Part shown: piece by piece, positions 46,890 through 56,473 of the stretch
How positions within the stretch are numbered: the stretch's first letter is position 1
How the letters are laid out: every line of letters starts with the position of its first letter
Source: Eubacteriales bacterium
GTDB lineage: Bacteria; Bacillota; Clostridia; Oscillospirales; CAG-382
Direction of reading: 5' to 3'
NCBI GenBank assembly: GCA_045652245.1
Contig: JAZRTY010000033.1
Span: forward strand, 139,863-203,862
DNA length: 64,000 nt
Made by a program: the position numbers and the translations under genes
Notes under the pieces: model-generated
The model's input: the letters and a program-made list of their open reading frames with translations, nothing else
Told to the model about the DNA's origin: nothing
Database searches by the model: none

Positions 46890-47639
46890 ATGCCAAAGAG
46901 TATTTTTAGAAAAAAGCTTTTCGGATATGCTCCGAAGGATGTTTCAGCCTATATTGAAAAAATTAATTCTGAAGCTGCAATTGAAATTGAAATAATCGAA
47001 AAGACAATTTCAAACCTCAAAGCACAGAACGAGAAGCTCCAAAATGAGCTTGACGCAAACGAATCAAACGGCGGAATACTTGAAGAATTGAATAAAAAGC
47101 TCGCTGTACTTGCTGAGGAAAAGGAAAAGCTTGCCTTGCAAATTGAGCATTTGGAGACGATCATTTCTGAAAAGGATGCTTCATACGATAGTCTGAAGGC
47201 TGAATTTGAAGCCCAGAGTGCAAGATTTGAATCAATTAGCCAACAGGCAGGAAATTATGCAAATATGTGCCGTGACGCAGGAAATGTGCTTGCCGTAGCA
47301 ATGAACAAATCAGATGAAATGATAGCTGAAGCGCAGAAAAAGGCAGAGGTAATAATTGCAAATGCAAGAATCGCTGCTGAAGAAGTCATAGAAAAAACAA
47401 CCGCTGATGCCAAAGCATATGCTTCAAAAATCAAAACCGAAGCTGACCTGTACGCAAGCAAAATCAAGGCTGACTCTGAACATCAACTTGAACACAACAA
47501 GGAAAAGGTTGAATATCTGATTCGTCGTCAGAAACAGCTTCTTATAGCACTTCAGAATCAAAAGAGTGAAATCTCTAAATTCTATGAGGAAACTGTTTCG
47601 GGTCTTAGTGGTACATCCTCTCAGGGATCTGTAAAATAA
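46890..47639 (+). CDS. DivIVA domain-containing coiled-coil protein
   Basis: N-terminal FRKKLFGYAPKDVSAYIEKI (DivIVA-type motif) followed by a long coiled coil. Confidence 0.7.
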   Translation: MPKSIFRKKLFGYAPKDVSAYIEKINSEAAIEIEIIEKTISNLKAQNEKLQNELDANESNGGILEELNKKLAVLAEEKEKLALQIEHLETIISEKDASYDSLKAEFEAQSARFESISQQAGNYANMCRDAGNVLAVAMNKSDEMIAEAQKKAEVIIANARIAAEEVIEKTTADAKAYASKIKTEADLYASKIKADSEHQLEHNKEKVEYLIRRQKQLLIALQNQKSEISKFYEETVSGLSGTSSQGSVK

Positions 47640-47677
47640 TACATAGTACAAAAAGCCTATTTGATTAAGAATAACGC

Positions 47678-47709
47678 AAAAAATCCTCCACAAGAGTGGA
47701 GGATTTTTT
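47678..47709. terminator. bidirectional terminator
   Basis: AAAAATCCTCCAC-AAGA-GTGGAGGATTTTTT. Confidence 0.85.
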
Positions 47710-47724
47710 GACTTTAAAATTAAC

Positions 47725-48450
47725 TTATATAACTTTAGAAAGAAAATCTTTAGTTCTCTGATTTTGTGGGTTATCAAATAATTCAGCAGGAGTTCCCTGT
47801 TCTATAACCTTACCCTCATCCATAAAGAGAACACGGGTACCAACTTCTCTTGCAAAGCCCATTTCGTGAGTTACAACAACCATTGTCATTCCGTCATTTG
47901 CAAGTTCCTTCATAAGTTCTAGAACTTCACCGACCATTTCAGGGTCAAGTGCACTTGTAGGCTCATCAAACAACATTACATCCGGGTTCATCGCAAGCGA
48001 ACGGATAATTGCAATTCTCTGCTTCTGACCGCCTGAGAGCATATTAGGATATGTATCAGCCTTATCAAGAAGTCCGATTCTTGTGAGGAGTCGTTTTGCA
48101 TTTTCTTCGGCTTCTTCTTTAGTCTGAAGACCAAGCTTCACCGGTGCAAAGGTAATATTCTTAAGAATTGTAAAATTAGGAAAAAGATTAAAGTGCTGGA
48201 AAACCATTCCCATTTTTGTACGGATTTTATTAAGGTCGGTTTTCTTATCGGTAAGATTTACTCCCTCAAAAGTAATAGTACCGTCGGTAGGAGTTTCAAG
48301 CATATTAAGGCAACGCAAAAAAGTACTTTTACCAGAACCGGAAGGACCGATTACAACAACCTTTTCCCCTCTTGAAATATGTTCGTTAATTCCATTAAGT
48401 ACGTTTATTTGACCGTCGAAAGATTTATAAAGATTTTTAATGTCTATCAC
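47725..48450 (-). CDS. amino acid ABC transporter ATP-binding protein
   Basis: GlnQ-like protein ([35 protein letters not shown]). I chose the GTG at 48450; the track start at 48471 overlaps the permease by 35 nt. Confidence 0.9.
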   Translation of the reverse strand: MIDIKNLYKSFDGQINVLNGINEHISRGEKVVVIGPSGSGKSTFLRCLNMLETPTDGTITFEGVNLTDKKTDLNKIRTKMGMVFQHFNLFPNFTILKNITFAPVKLGLQTKEEAEENAKRLLTRIGLLDKADTYPNMLSGGQKQRIAIIRSLAMNPDVMLFDEPTSALDPEMVGEVLELMKELANDGMTMVVVTHEMGFAREVGTRVLFMDEGKVIEQGTPAELFDNPQNQRTKDFLSKVI

Positions 48451-49399
48451 TTTTTGCAAGTCTCCTTTCAACAGATTTTAAAACTTGTTCCATACCAATT
48501 ACACAGATAAGATATACCGCCGCAACCGACAAAAGCGAGAAATAAGGCTCAAAGGTACGGCTTCTTACAATATTACCTGCCTTCATAAGCTCAAGAGTAC
48601 CGATGTACCCTGCAATTGATGTGTCCTTAAGCAAGGTAATAAACTCATTTCCGAGAGCCGGAAGAATGTTCTTAAATGCCTGTGGTAGAATAATGTACAT
48701 CATAGTCTTAATATGTGAAAGACCGAGAGAACGGCCTGCTTCAAGCTGACCTCTGTCAACAGAAACAATACCTGCTCTGACAATTTCCGAAACATATGCA
48801 CCCGAGTTAAATCCGAATGCCATAATTGAAACGAATATGTAGTTATCTGAAGTCTTGAAAATTATGTAATAAGCAATAAACAACTGTACAACGGCAGGAG
48901 TTCCTCGAACAATTGTGGTATAAACACTGCAAATACCGTTCAGAAGTCTTATAATCCAGTTAGGATTTGCAATTTGTGTTTTAAACACCTTGATAAGAGC
49001 AACAATCATACCAATGAGAGTACCGAGAAGTGTCGAACAGAGCGCTATGAAAACTGTATTTCTGAAACCTTCAGTAAAAAGCTTCCATCTGGCTTCCTTG
49101 ATAAAGGTATTATAAAAGCTCTTCTTAAGACTTTCAATAAGACTAACAAAAGCATTCGGCTTACTGAATTCTTCTGTTTCAGAATTTGAAACAACAGGCG
49201 CTTTAGGAGCCGGAATCCCCGATGAAGTTTCTTCTTTTACCTCTTCTTGTGTTTCATCAGAAATAATCTCCTCCTGCTGCGAAGCACTCGGATTCGGAGC
49301 AATTAAAATCGGCACATTTTCACCTGCTGCAAGGCAATTGAAAGAGTAGCCTGTAAGAATATAAAGTGTTAAGAGAAATGCTAAAATCTTTCTTTTCAT
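48437..49399 (-). CDS. amino acid ABC transporter permease with ~95 aa N-terminal signal and acidic linker extension
   Basis: HisM/GlnP-type core ([22 protein letters not shown]) preceded by a signal-like [25 protein letters not shown]. Confidence 0.88.
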   Translation of the reverse strand: MKRKILAFLLTLYILTGYSFNCLAAGENVPILIAPNPSASQQEEIISDETQEEVKEETSSGIPAPKAPVVSNSETEEFSKPNAFVSLIESLKKSFYNTFIKEARWKLFTEGFRNTVFIALCSTLLGTLIGMIVALIKVFKTQIANPNWIIRLLNGICSVYTTIVRGTPAVVQLFIAYYIIFKTSDNYIFVSIMAFGFNSGAYVSEIVRAGIVSVDRGQLEAGRSLGLSHIKTMMYIILPQAFKNILPALGNEFITLLKDTSIAGYIGTLELMKAGNIVRSRTFEPYFSLLSVAAVYLICVIGMEQVLKSVERRLAKSDRH

Positions 49400-49473
49400 T
49401 GAATTATTCCTTTCAATTTATTATATAAAGAATTTTGGCAATACAAAAACCATAATAACAGATGTTTATACAA

Positions 49474-49824
49474 TTATTTTTTAGATGTATTAAGCGTGGC
49501 AACAAGAATTTTCTTCAACTCTAAACAACCTTGCAACAAGGAATTACTTTCATTTTCATTTAAGTAGTCAGAAAGAATTAAAAGTCTTAACCAGTATTCT
49601 GTTTCAGCAGTTTCTTTTAGAGAAATGTGAAGTTTAGCAATAAAATCAGCTTTACTCATTCCGTAAATGGCTTCATTTGCATTAGCCCCGATACTTGTCG
49701 CACTTCGTATAATTTGTTTTGAAATAATATTTTCGTGTTTATCTTTTATTAAATACTTATGAAGTTTAACAATACGAGCTGCAAATTTTAATGCTTTATC
49801 CCAAAGAATACTGTTTTGTGCCAT
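49474..49824 (-). CDS. four-helix-bundle protein (23S rRNA intervening-sequence protein family)
   Basis: MAQNSILWDKALKFAARIVKL...QIIRSATSIGANANEA...ETEYWLRLL, the pattern of the IVS/four-helix-bundle family. Start moved to the internal ATG. Confidence 0.8.
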   Translation of the reverse strand: MAQNSILWDKALKFAARIVKLHKYLIKDKHENIISKQIIRSATSIGANANEAIYGMSKADFIAKLHISLKETAETEYWLRLLILSDYLNENESNSLLQGCLELKKILVATLNTSKK

Positions 49825-49860
49825 ACAAAGATTACCCTCGTAGAATAGATAATAAATAAT

Positions 49861-49948
49861 AAATAAGAGATAAAAGATAATAGTACAAAAGCGACACAAA
49901 CGTGCAATATCTTTTATTTATTCACTATTATCTATTATCTCTTATCTT
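49861..49948. repeat. AT-rich inverted repeat (21/22 match, ~39 nt loop) between tRNA-Pro and the four-helix-bundle gene
   Basis: Arm 1 is AAATAAGAGATAAAAGATAATAGT (49861-49884). Arm 2 is ACTATTATCTATTATCTCTTATCTT (49924-49948). Confidence 0.8.
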
Positions 49949-49970
49949 AGGCAAGTTCACTTGCCGCTTT

Positions 49971-50046
49971 TGGTCGGAATGACAGGATTCGAACCTGCGA
50001 CATCTTGGTCCCAAACCAAGCGCGCTACCAACTGCGCTACATCCCG
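49971..50046 (-). tRNA. tRNA-Pro (anticodon UGG), CCA encoded
   Basis: Minus strand reads CGGGATGTAGCGCAGTTGGTAGCGCGCTTGGTTTGGGACCAAGATGTCGCAGGTTCGAATCCTGTCATTCCGACCA. Folds as a cloverleaf with acceptor CGGGATG/CATTCCG, anticodon loop TTTGGGA and T-loop GGTTCGAATCC. Confidence 0.93.
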
Positions 50047-50057
50047 TTCGAATAAGT

Positions 50058-50086
50058 ATTATACCATTATTAATCAGTTTTGTCAA
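50058..50086 (-). promoter_or_regulatory. consensus sigmaA promoter of tRNA-Pro
   Basis: On the minus strand, TTGACA, a 17 nt spacer and TATAAT, ending 11 nt before the tRNA 5' end. Confidence 0.75.
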
Positions 50087-50282
50087 GTCTTTTCTGAAAA
50101 AATATGCACAAAAAAAGAATAAGTATACAAAAACAAGAAATTGATTTTCAGCTTTCTATAAGATAGTTTTTATTTTTTTGGAATTTATATGCAAAAAAAT
50201 GTATAAAACTATCAAAACAATAAATTTAATATGGGAACTTTAGCTAAATTTTAATAAAAATGCATAATTTTATAAAAAACAC

Positions 50283-50311
50283 TTGAAATTAGAGAAATAT
50301 GGTGTTATAAT
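50283..50311 (+). promoter_or_regulatory. sigmaA promoter of the substrate-binding protein gene
   Basis: TTGAAA, a 17 nt spacer and TATAAT preceded by a TG extension (TGTTATAAT). Confidence 0.65.
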
Positions 50312-50358
50312 AAAAAAAGTTCTGATGAACAAAAATATTTATAACGGAGGCAATAATC

Positions 50359-51114
50359 ATGAAAAAGATTATTACATTTGCACTTGCCGCAATTCTTGCA
50401 ATCAGCACATTTGCATTTGCATCATGCGGAGAAAAGACAGTAGAAAAACTCGTAGTTTACACAAACGCAGAATTCGCACCCTTCGAATACGTTGCAGGCA
50501 ACGAAATCGTTGGTGTTGACATTGACATCTGCAAAAACATCGCAAAAGAACTCGGAAGAGAGCTCGAAATCGTAAATACTGACTTTGATTCAATCATCGG
50601 TGCTATCCAGTCAGGTAAAGGTGATATCGGTGCTTCTGGCTTTACAATCACAGAAGAAAGAAAAGAATCAGTAAACTTTTCTGATGTTTACTTTGTAACA
50701 ACTCAGTATATGATTCTCCCGAAGGACAGTGAAATTACAAAGGTTGAAGACCTTGCAGGTAAGAAGGTAGCAGTTCAGATCGGTACAACAGGTGACCTTC
50801 TTATGACAGACCTTGCTTACGAAGGAATGGAAATCACAAGACTTAACAACGCAAACGAAGGCGGTCAGGGTCTTGGTACAAAGTATGATGCAGTTGTAAT
50901 TGACGAGCTTACAGCTAAGAACATCGCAGCAGTAAACGGCTTTGACACAGTTAAGGTTGATACCGGTGCTGAAGCAGAAGAGTACGGTCTTGCAATCAAC
51001 AAGAGCCAGACTGAAGTACTTGAAGCTGCAAACAAGGTTATCGCAGCAATGATAGCTGATGGTTCTCTTAACGAATCTCTTGCATTCCACGAGGAAGCTG
51101 CAAAGGTTGAATAA
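50359..51114 (+). CDS. amino acid ABC transporter substrate-binding lipoprotein
   Basis: Lipobox FAFASCG. Family 3 SBP features (VYTNAEFAPFEY, DFDSIIGAIQSGKGDIGASGFTIT). Confidence 0.88.
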   Translation: MKKIITFALAAILAISTFAFASCGEKTVEKLVVYTNAEFAPFEYVAGNEIVGVDIDICKNIAKELGRELEIVNTDFDSIIGAIQSGKGDIGASGFTITEERKESVNFSDVYFVTTQYMILPKDSEITKVEDLAGKKVAVQIGTTGDLLMTDLAYEGMEITRLNNANEGGQGLGTKYDAVVIDELTAKNIAAVNGFDTVKVDTGAEAEEYGLAINKSQTEVLEAANKVIAAMIADGSLNESLAFHEEAAKVE

Positions 51115-51197
51115 TTAACCGGCATAAAAGTTTTTACATATAAAATCCCTTGCTTACAACAGCGAGGGATTTTATTTTAAAAAAACGAAAAAAACAC

Positions 51198-51402
51198 TTG
51201 ACAAAATAAATCTTGTGTGATATAATATTTCAGGACAAGGAAGAAGAATGCAATTCATTCTCACCCGGCGCGAACAGTGCAAGGTACAATACTGAGATAA
51301 CACTATAGGTGTTTTTTGTATTGTACGCAGATTATCTGCGTATTTTTTGTATCGTGTCGTGGACTTTGTCTTACGACATTTTTTATTTTGGAGGTGTTCC
51401 AC
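51198..51402 (+). promoter_or_regulatory. infC-rpmI-rplT promoter and leader with terminator-like hairpin (L20-leader-type attenuator candidate)
   Basis: TTGACA (51198-51203), 17 nt spacer, TATAAT (51221-51226). Hairpin TACGCAG-ATTAT-CTGCGTA plus T6 (51324-51348). A second hairpin GTCGT...ACGAC plus a T-run precedes the RBS. Confidence 0.6.
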
Positions 51403-51966
51403 ATAGCCACTAACACAAAAGAACTTTTGATTAACGAACAAATCAGAGCAAAGGAAGTAAGAGTAATTGATGATGACGGTGCTCAGCTCGGTATTCTTGC
51501 TACCAGAAAGGCAATCGACATTGCATACGACAAAGGTCTTGACCTTGTTGAGATTGCTCCCACAAGCGTTCCACCTGTATGTCGCGTAATGGACTATGGA
51601 AAATATCGCTTCGACAGAGAAAAGAAGGAAAAAGAAGCAAAGAAGAAACAGCAGGTAGTTGAGCTTAAAGAAGTTCGTTTATCCTATAACATTGACAAGC
51701 ACGATTTTGACACAAAGCTAAACCATGCGCTCAAATTCCTCGGTCAGGGAAACAAGGTAAAGGTTTCAATGAAGTTCCGTGGAAGAGAAATGGCACATAC
51801 TGAAATCGGTCTTGAGGTTATGAGAAAGTTCGGCATGGCGTGTTCGGAAATCGGTGTTATCGATAAACAACCACTTCTTGACGGTCGTCAGATGCTTATG
51901 TTCCTCTCCCCTAAATCTGCAAAAGAGCAGAGCAAGGCAAAGGCTAAAGAGCAGAAAAACGACTAA
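51403..51966 (+). CDS. infC: translation initiation factor IF-3, probable non-AUG (ATA) start
   Basis: (I)ATNTKELLINEQIRAKEVRVIDDDGAQLGI aligns with the IF-3 N-terminus. GGAGGTG RBS (51390-51396) lies 6 nt before the ATA at 51403. There is no in-frame ATG with an RBS. Confidence 0.85.
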   Translation: MATNTKELLINEQIRAKEVRVIDDDGAQLGILATRKAIDIAYDKGLDLVEIAPTSVPPVCRVMDYGKYRFDREKKEKEAKKKQQVVELKEVRLSYNIDKHDFDTKLNHALKFLGQGNKVKVSMKFRGREMAHTEIGLEVMRKFGMACSEIGVIDKQPLLDGRQMLMFLSPKSAKEQSKAKAKEQKND

Positions 51967-52028
51967 ACCTATCTTGTATAACATTTATGTTATTATAAAC
52001 ACAAATAATATTGAAAGGATGCACTAAA

Positions 52029-52226
52029 ATGGGAAAGCAGAAGACACATAAGGCTACAGCTAAGCGTTGCTCAATAACAAAGGGCGGCAAGGTTAAGTAC
52101 AACCACATCAACAGAAGACATAAACTCGGTAAGAAGACTTCAAAGAGAAAGCGCCAACTCAGACTTGATGCTTATGTAAGCGAATCATTCGCACCGACCA
52201 TCAAGAAGCTCATTCCTTACGCTTAA
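52029..52226 (+). CDS. rpmI: 50S ribosomal protein L35
   Basis: MGKQKTHKATAKRCSITKGGKVKYNHINRRH, typical L35. Confidence 0.93.
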   Translation: MGKQKTHKATAKRCSITKGGKVKYNHINRRHKLGKKTSKRKRQLRLDAYVSESFAPTIKKLIPYA

Positions 52227-52284
52227 TCGTAAAGAACGGCTATTGGCAAATTAAATTTTTGATAATTGAAAGGATGGATTTATA

Positions 52285-52638
52285 ATGGCAAGAGTAAAAG
52301 GCGCTATTATGACAAGAAAAAGACGTAATAGAGTATTAAAGGCAGCTAAGGGATATTGGGGTTCAAAGAGTAAGCACTTCAAGATGGCAAAACAGGCTGT
52401 CCTCAAGAGTGGAAACTATGCATTTGCAGGCAGAAAGCTTAAGAAGAGAGACTTCAGAAGACTCTGGATTTCCAGAATTTCTGCAGCTTGCAAGACAAAC
52501 GATATCAACTATTCAAGATTTATGAATGGTCTTAAAAAGGCAGGTATCGATCTTAACAGAAAGATGCTCTCTGAGATTGCTATTGCTGACAAGGAAGCAT
52601 TTACTGCACTTGTTGAAAAGGCAAAGGCAGCTCTTTAA
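52285..52638 (+). CDS. rplT: 50S ribosomal protein L20
   Basis: [30 protein letters not shown], canonical L20. Confidence 0.96.
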   Translation: MARVKGAIMTRKRRNRVLKAAKGYWGSKSKHFKMAKQAVLKSGNYAFAGRKLKKRDFRRLWISRISAACKTNDINYSRFMNGLKKAGIDLNRKMLSEIAIADKEAFTALVEKAKAAL

Positions 52639-52665
52639 TTCTATTCGAACATAAAGTATACATTT

Positions 52666-52702
52666 AAAAGTCATAGCTTCGTGTTATGACTTTTATTTTT
52701 TT
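52666..52702 (+). terminator. intrinsic terminator of the infC operon
   Basis: AAAAGTCATA-GCTTCGTGT-TATGACTTTT followed by ATTTTTTT. Confidence 0.8.
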
Positions 52703-52811
52703 GAAAAAATATACCAAAAGAATAAAAAATTTACAATGCCATATTGCAAATTTTCTTCATATATGATATAATATATAGTTGTATTCTTATGAAAGAATTT
52801 CGGAGGTTGTA

Positions 52812-53969
52812 ATGAAGATAGCAAAATCACTTGGTATAATTATACTATCTGTACTGATGTTAAATTCCTTGTTTTCCTGTACTAAGGATAAAAACGAGGA
52901 AATCATCGACGCAGGAATCCAGGAAGAAATCTTTGACAATTTAGAAAATAACGAAAATAGTGAAAACAATGAAAATCAAGAGATAATTCCTGAAATAGTA
53001 AAGCCTCAATTCGTAAATAAGCTGACAGGACTTGAAACAACTGAATTTTTGAGTAACCAGCGCCCTGTGGCAGTTATGTTCAATAATATTCATGCTGCAC
53101 TTCCACAGGTTGGTATTTCCGAAATGGATATAGTATATGAAGTTACAACAGAAGGTGCAATTACACGTCTTATGGGACTGAAATCAGATTGGGCAACGCT
53201 TCCGACAATTGGCTCAATAAGGTCCTCACGAGACTATTTTATTGATATATCAGACGCACACAACGCAATTTATGTTCACGCAGGTGGAAGCACTTACGCT
53301 TATTCTGAAATGTGGGCAAGAAACACCGAGCATATCGACGGCACAAACGGAAATTACGCATCAACAAGTGCATTTTTCCGAGATGCTGAGAGACTTAAAA
53401 CAATGTCCTCCGAGCATACACTTATGACAAGTGGTGAAAAGCTTGCAGCTGCTATCGGTAAAAACGAATTTTCAACAACATATAAAGAGAGCTTTGAATG
53501 TCCCGTAAAATTCTCCGACGAAAAATATGATATTACAGGTGATACAGCAAACTATATATATATTCCCTTTTCCACTTATGCACAAAGCTACCTTGATTAT
53601 GACGCTGAAACAGGTCTTTATAATAAAGGACAATACCTAAATACAAGAAACACCCTCGATATGCACGATTCGCCACACATTGACGGGGCATCTGGTAATG
53701 CTCTTACCTTTACTAACATAATTATCCTGAGAGCCTCACATTCTGCAATTGCAGGTGACAGTGCCGGTAGAATAAAGGTTGATTTTACAGGTACAGGTGA
53801 AGGTTATTACATAACAGGTGGAATATGTAAAAAAATAAATTGGGAAAAGGAAACAAGAACCTCGGGGTACACTCTGTTCGAACAGGACGGCGAAACAGAA
53901 CTGCTTTTGAATCCCGGAAAATCCTATATCGCTATTGTACCGACAAATGCCGAAATAGTTTTTAAATAA
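52812..53969 (+). CDS. DUF3048 (YerB-like) lipoprotein
   Basis: Lipobox LNSLFSC. Core RPVAVMFNNIHAALPQVGISEMDIVYEVTTEGAITRLMGL is typical of DUF3048. CGGAGG RBS before the ATG at 52812. Confidence 0.75.
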   Translation: MKIAKSLGIIILSVLMLNSLFSCTKDKNEEIIDAGIQEEIFDNLENNENSENNENQEIIPEIVKPQFVNKLTGLETTEFLSNQRPVAVMFNNIHAALPQVGISEMDIVYEVTTEGAITRLMGLKSDWATLPTIGSIRSSRDYFIDISDAHNAIYVHAGGSTYAYSEMWARNTEHIDGTNGNYASTSAFFRDAERLKTMSSEHTLMTSGEKLAAAIGKNEFSTTYKESFECPVKFSDEKYDITGDTANYIYIPFSTYAQSYLDYDAETGLYNKGQYLNTRNTLDMHDSPHIDGASGNALTFTNIIILRASHSAIAGDSAGRIKVDFTGTGEGYYITGGICKKINWEKETRTSGYTLFEQDGETELLLNPGKSYIAIVPTNAEIVFK

Positions 53970-53995
53970 TAAATTTCAACAGAAAGGACCAAATT

Positions 53996-55699
53996 ATGTA
54001 TAATTATAAATTTGCAGCTGCAAGAATAATAAAAAAGCTTTGTGATGAGCTTACAGTTGAAGAAATAGCAGCTATGATGGAATATCCACCCGACCCTAAA
54101 ATGGGTGATATTGCATTCCCTTGCTTTAAGCTTTCAAAAATTCTTCGTAAAAGTCCTGTAATGATTGCAGACAGCTTTAAAGAAGCAATCGACAAGGACA
54201 AGGACAGTACTCTCTTTGAAAGTGTAGAAAGTGTATCCGGATACCTTAATTTACGTGTATCTAATGACGCACTCTTGCAAGACGTAGAAAATATGCTAAG
54301 CAAAGGCGAAAGCTTTGGTTCTTCTGATGTCGGAAGTGGAAAGACAGTAGTTATCGACTACTCCTCCCCTAACATCTGCAAGCCCTTCCATATCGGACAT
54401 CTTCGCTCAACTGTTATCGGACAATCAATTAAAAATATATATAAATTTTCAGGCTATAACTGTATCGGTGTAAATCACCTCGGTGACTGGGGAACACAGT
54501 TCGGAAAGCTTATAACTGCATACAAGCTTTGGGGTAACAAGGAGGACATTGACAAAAGAGGAATTACTGCTCTTAATGAAATCTATGTAAAATTCCATAA
54601 AGAAAGCGAAGAAAATCCTTCACTTGAAGACGAAGCACGTGCAAATTTTGCTAAAATGGAACAAGGCGACAAGGAAGCACTGCAGCTTTGGCGTTGGTTT
54701 GTGGAAATTTCAATAAATGACCTGAAGAAAACATATGATCTCATCGGTGCAGACTTTGAATCCTGGAACGGTGAAAGCTTCTATTTTGATAAAACAGATG
54801 CAGTTGTCTCCGAACTCAAGGAAAAAAATCTTTTAAAATTCGACGACGGCGCATATATCGTTCCCCTTGAAGAATACGATATGCCTCCCTGCCTTATTTT
54901 AAAGGGCGATGGTTCAACAATATATGCAACCCGTGATATTGCAGCTGCTATGTTCCGTAAGAAAACATACGACTTTGAGAAGTGTATCTATGTAACAAGT
55001 GCCGGCCAAAGCTTGCATTTTGCGCAGTTCTTCAAGGTAATCGGTCTTATGGGACACGAATGGAGTCGTGACCTTGTACACGTTCCTTTCGGTACTGTAA
55101 GTTTTGGTGGTACGAAGCTTGCTACAAGAACGGGAAATATGATTCTTCTTGAAGATATTTTTGCAGAAGCCATCGAAAAAACCACACAGATTATAAACGA
55201 AAAAAATCCCGACCTTGAGGATAAAGAAGAGGTTGCAAAAGCAGTTGGTGTTGGTGCTATAATCTTCAACGATTTGTCAAACAACAGAATCCGTGACGTC
55301 GATTTTAACTGGAAAGAAGCACTTTCCTTTGAGGGTAACACAGGACCGTATGTTCAGTATACTCATGCAAGATGCGAAAGCATTCTTGAAAAATCGGGAG
55401 TGGAAATAAACTCTGCAGAGCTTGTTCTGTCAGACGACGCCGAAATTTCACTTATAAAAACACTCAATCTTTTCCCGGAAAAAATTGTACAGGCAAGAAA
55501 CGAGCTTGAGCCGTCGGTAATTTCAAGATACCTTCTTGAAGTATGCGCTACTTTCAACCGTTTCTATCACGACTGTCCCGTTCTCAAGGTTGAAGATTTG
55601 ACAATTAAAAATACACGACTTGCACTTGTGTGTGCTACAAAAAATGTTCTTAAAAACGGTCTGAGACTTATAGGGCTCAAGACACCAAAAAATATATAA
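53996..55699 (+). CDS. argS: arginine--tRNA ligase
   Basis: Class I motifs (SSPNICKPFHIGHLRS) and a C-terminal DALR anticodon-binding domain. Confidence 0.95.
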   Translation: MYNYKFAAARIIKKLCDELTVEEIAAMMEYPPDPKMGDIAFPCFKLSKILRKSPVMIADSFKEAIDKDKDSTLFESVESVSGYLNLRVSNDALLQDVENMLSKGESFGSSDVGSGKTVVIDYSSPNICKPFHIGHLRSTVIGQSIKNIYKFSGYNCIGVNHLGDWGTQFGKLITAYKLWGNKEDIDKRGITALNEIYVKFHKESEENPSLEDEARANFAKMEQGDKEALQLWRWFVEISINDLKKTYDLIGADFESWNGESFYFDKTDAVVSELKEKNLLKFDDGAYIVPLEEYDMPPCLILKGDGSTIYATRDIAAAMFRKKTYDFEKCIYVTSAGQSLHFAQFFKVIGLMGHEWSRDLVHVPFGTVSFGGTKLATRTGNMILLEDIFAEAIEKTTQIINEKNPDLEDKEEVAKAVGVGAIIFNDLSNNRIRDVDFNWKEALSFEGNTGPYVQYTHARCESILEKSGVEINSAELVLSDDAEISLIKTLNLFPEKIVQARNELEPSVISRYLLEVCATFNRFYHDCPVLKVEDLTIKNTRLALVCATKNVLKNGLRLIGLKTPKNI

Positions 55700-55716
55700 A
55701 ATTTAAGGAGTAAGTT

Positions 55717-56451
55717 ATGTCAGGACATTCTAAATGGAAAAATATTATGCACAAAAAGGAGAAGACCGACTCTGCACGTGCTAAAATCTTCACTAAAATC
55801 GGTAAAGAAATGGCAATTGCAGTAAGAGACGGAGGCCCCGATCCCGTTTCAAACTCAAAGCTTAAAGACCTCATTGCAAAAGCAAAGGCAAATAATGTGC
55901 CTAACGACAACATTGACAGAATTATCAAGAAGGCTGCAGGTGACGGAGACGGCGCAAAATACGAGGTAATTATGTACGAGGGCTACGGTCCTTGTGGTGT
56001 TGCAGTAATTGTTGAAACAACAACAGATAACAGAAACAGAACAGCAGGTGATATCCGTCATTTCTTTGACAAATTTGGTGGAAATCTCGGTCAGATAGGT
56101 TGTGTATCATATCTTTTCTCTGATAAGGGACTTATTGTTATCGATGCAGAAGGCGTTGACGAGGACGCACTCATGGACGCAGCACTCGAAGCAGGTGCAG
56201 AGGACATTCTCAATAACGACGGTGCATTTGAAATCTACACAGCACCTCAAGACTTTTCAGCCGTAACCGACGCTCTGACAGAAAAGGGTTACACCTTCTT
56301 ATCGGCTGAACAGACGAAAATTCCGTCAAATTATGTTGATGTTGAGGGTGAAGATAATCTAAAATTTATGACAAGACTTCTCGATGCACTCGACGATAAC
56401 GATGACGTTACAAACGTATGGCATAACTGGAACGAGCCTGACGAAGAATAA
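55717..56451 (+). CDS. YebC/PmpR family DNA-binding transcriptional regulator
   Basis: MSGHSKWKNIMHKKEKTDSARAKIFTKIGKEMAIAVR, canonical YebC. Confidence 0.93.
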   Translation: MSGHSKWKNIMHKKEKTDSARAKIFTKIGKEMAIAVRDGGPDPVSNSKLKDLIAKAKANNVPNDNIDRIIKKAAGDGDGAKYEVIMYEGYGPCGVAVIVETTTDNRNRTAGDIRHFFDKFGGNLGQIGCVSYLFSDKGLIVIDAEGVDEDALMDAALEAGAEDILNNDGAFEIYTAPQDFSAVTDALTEKGYTFLSAEQTKIPSNYVDVEGEDNLKFMTRLLDALDDNDDVTNVWHNWNEPDEE

Positions 56452-56473
56452 TATATAGTGAAAGGATATAAAA

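Noticed and set aside
49861-49948. GATAAT/GATAAG hexamer arrays in the inverted repeat as a Fur/Zur/PerR box
   Set aside because: The hexamer spacing (GATAAG-A-GATAAT-A-GATAAT) does not fit the 19 bp GATAATGATAATCATTATC box or the 7-1-7 TGATAATnATTATCA box, and the neighbouring genes have no metal link. It is kept only as a caveat in the inverted-repeat finding.
50668-51125. 140 aa and 86 aa minus-strand ORFs within the ABC substrate-binding protein gene
   Set aside because: They are antisense to a well-supported lipoprotein gene and have Cys/Val-rich nonsense-like composition.
52920-52985. NNENSENNENQE low-complexity stretch in the DUF3048 lipoprotein
   Set aside because: It is the ordinary linker region after a lipoprotein signal peptide and not a distinct feature.
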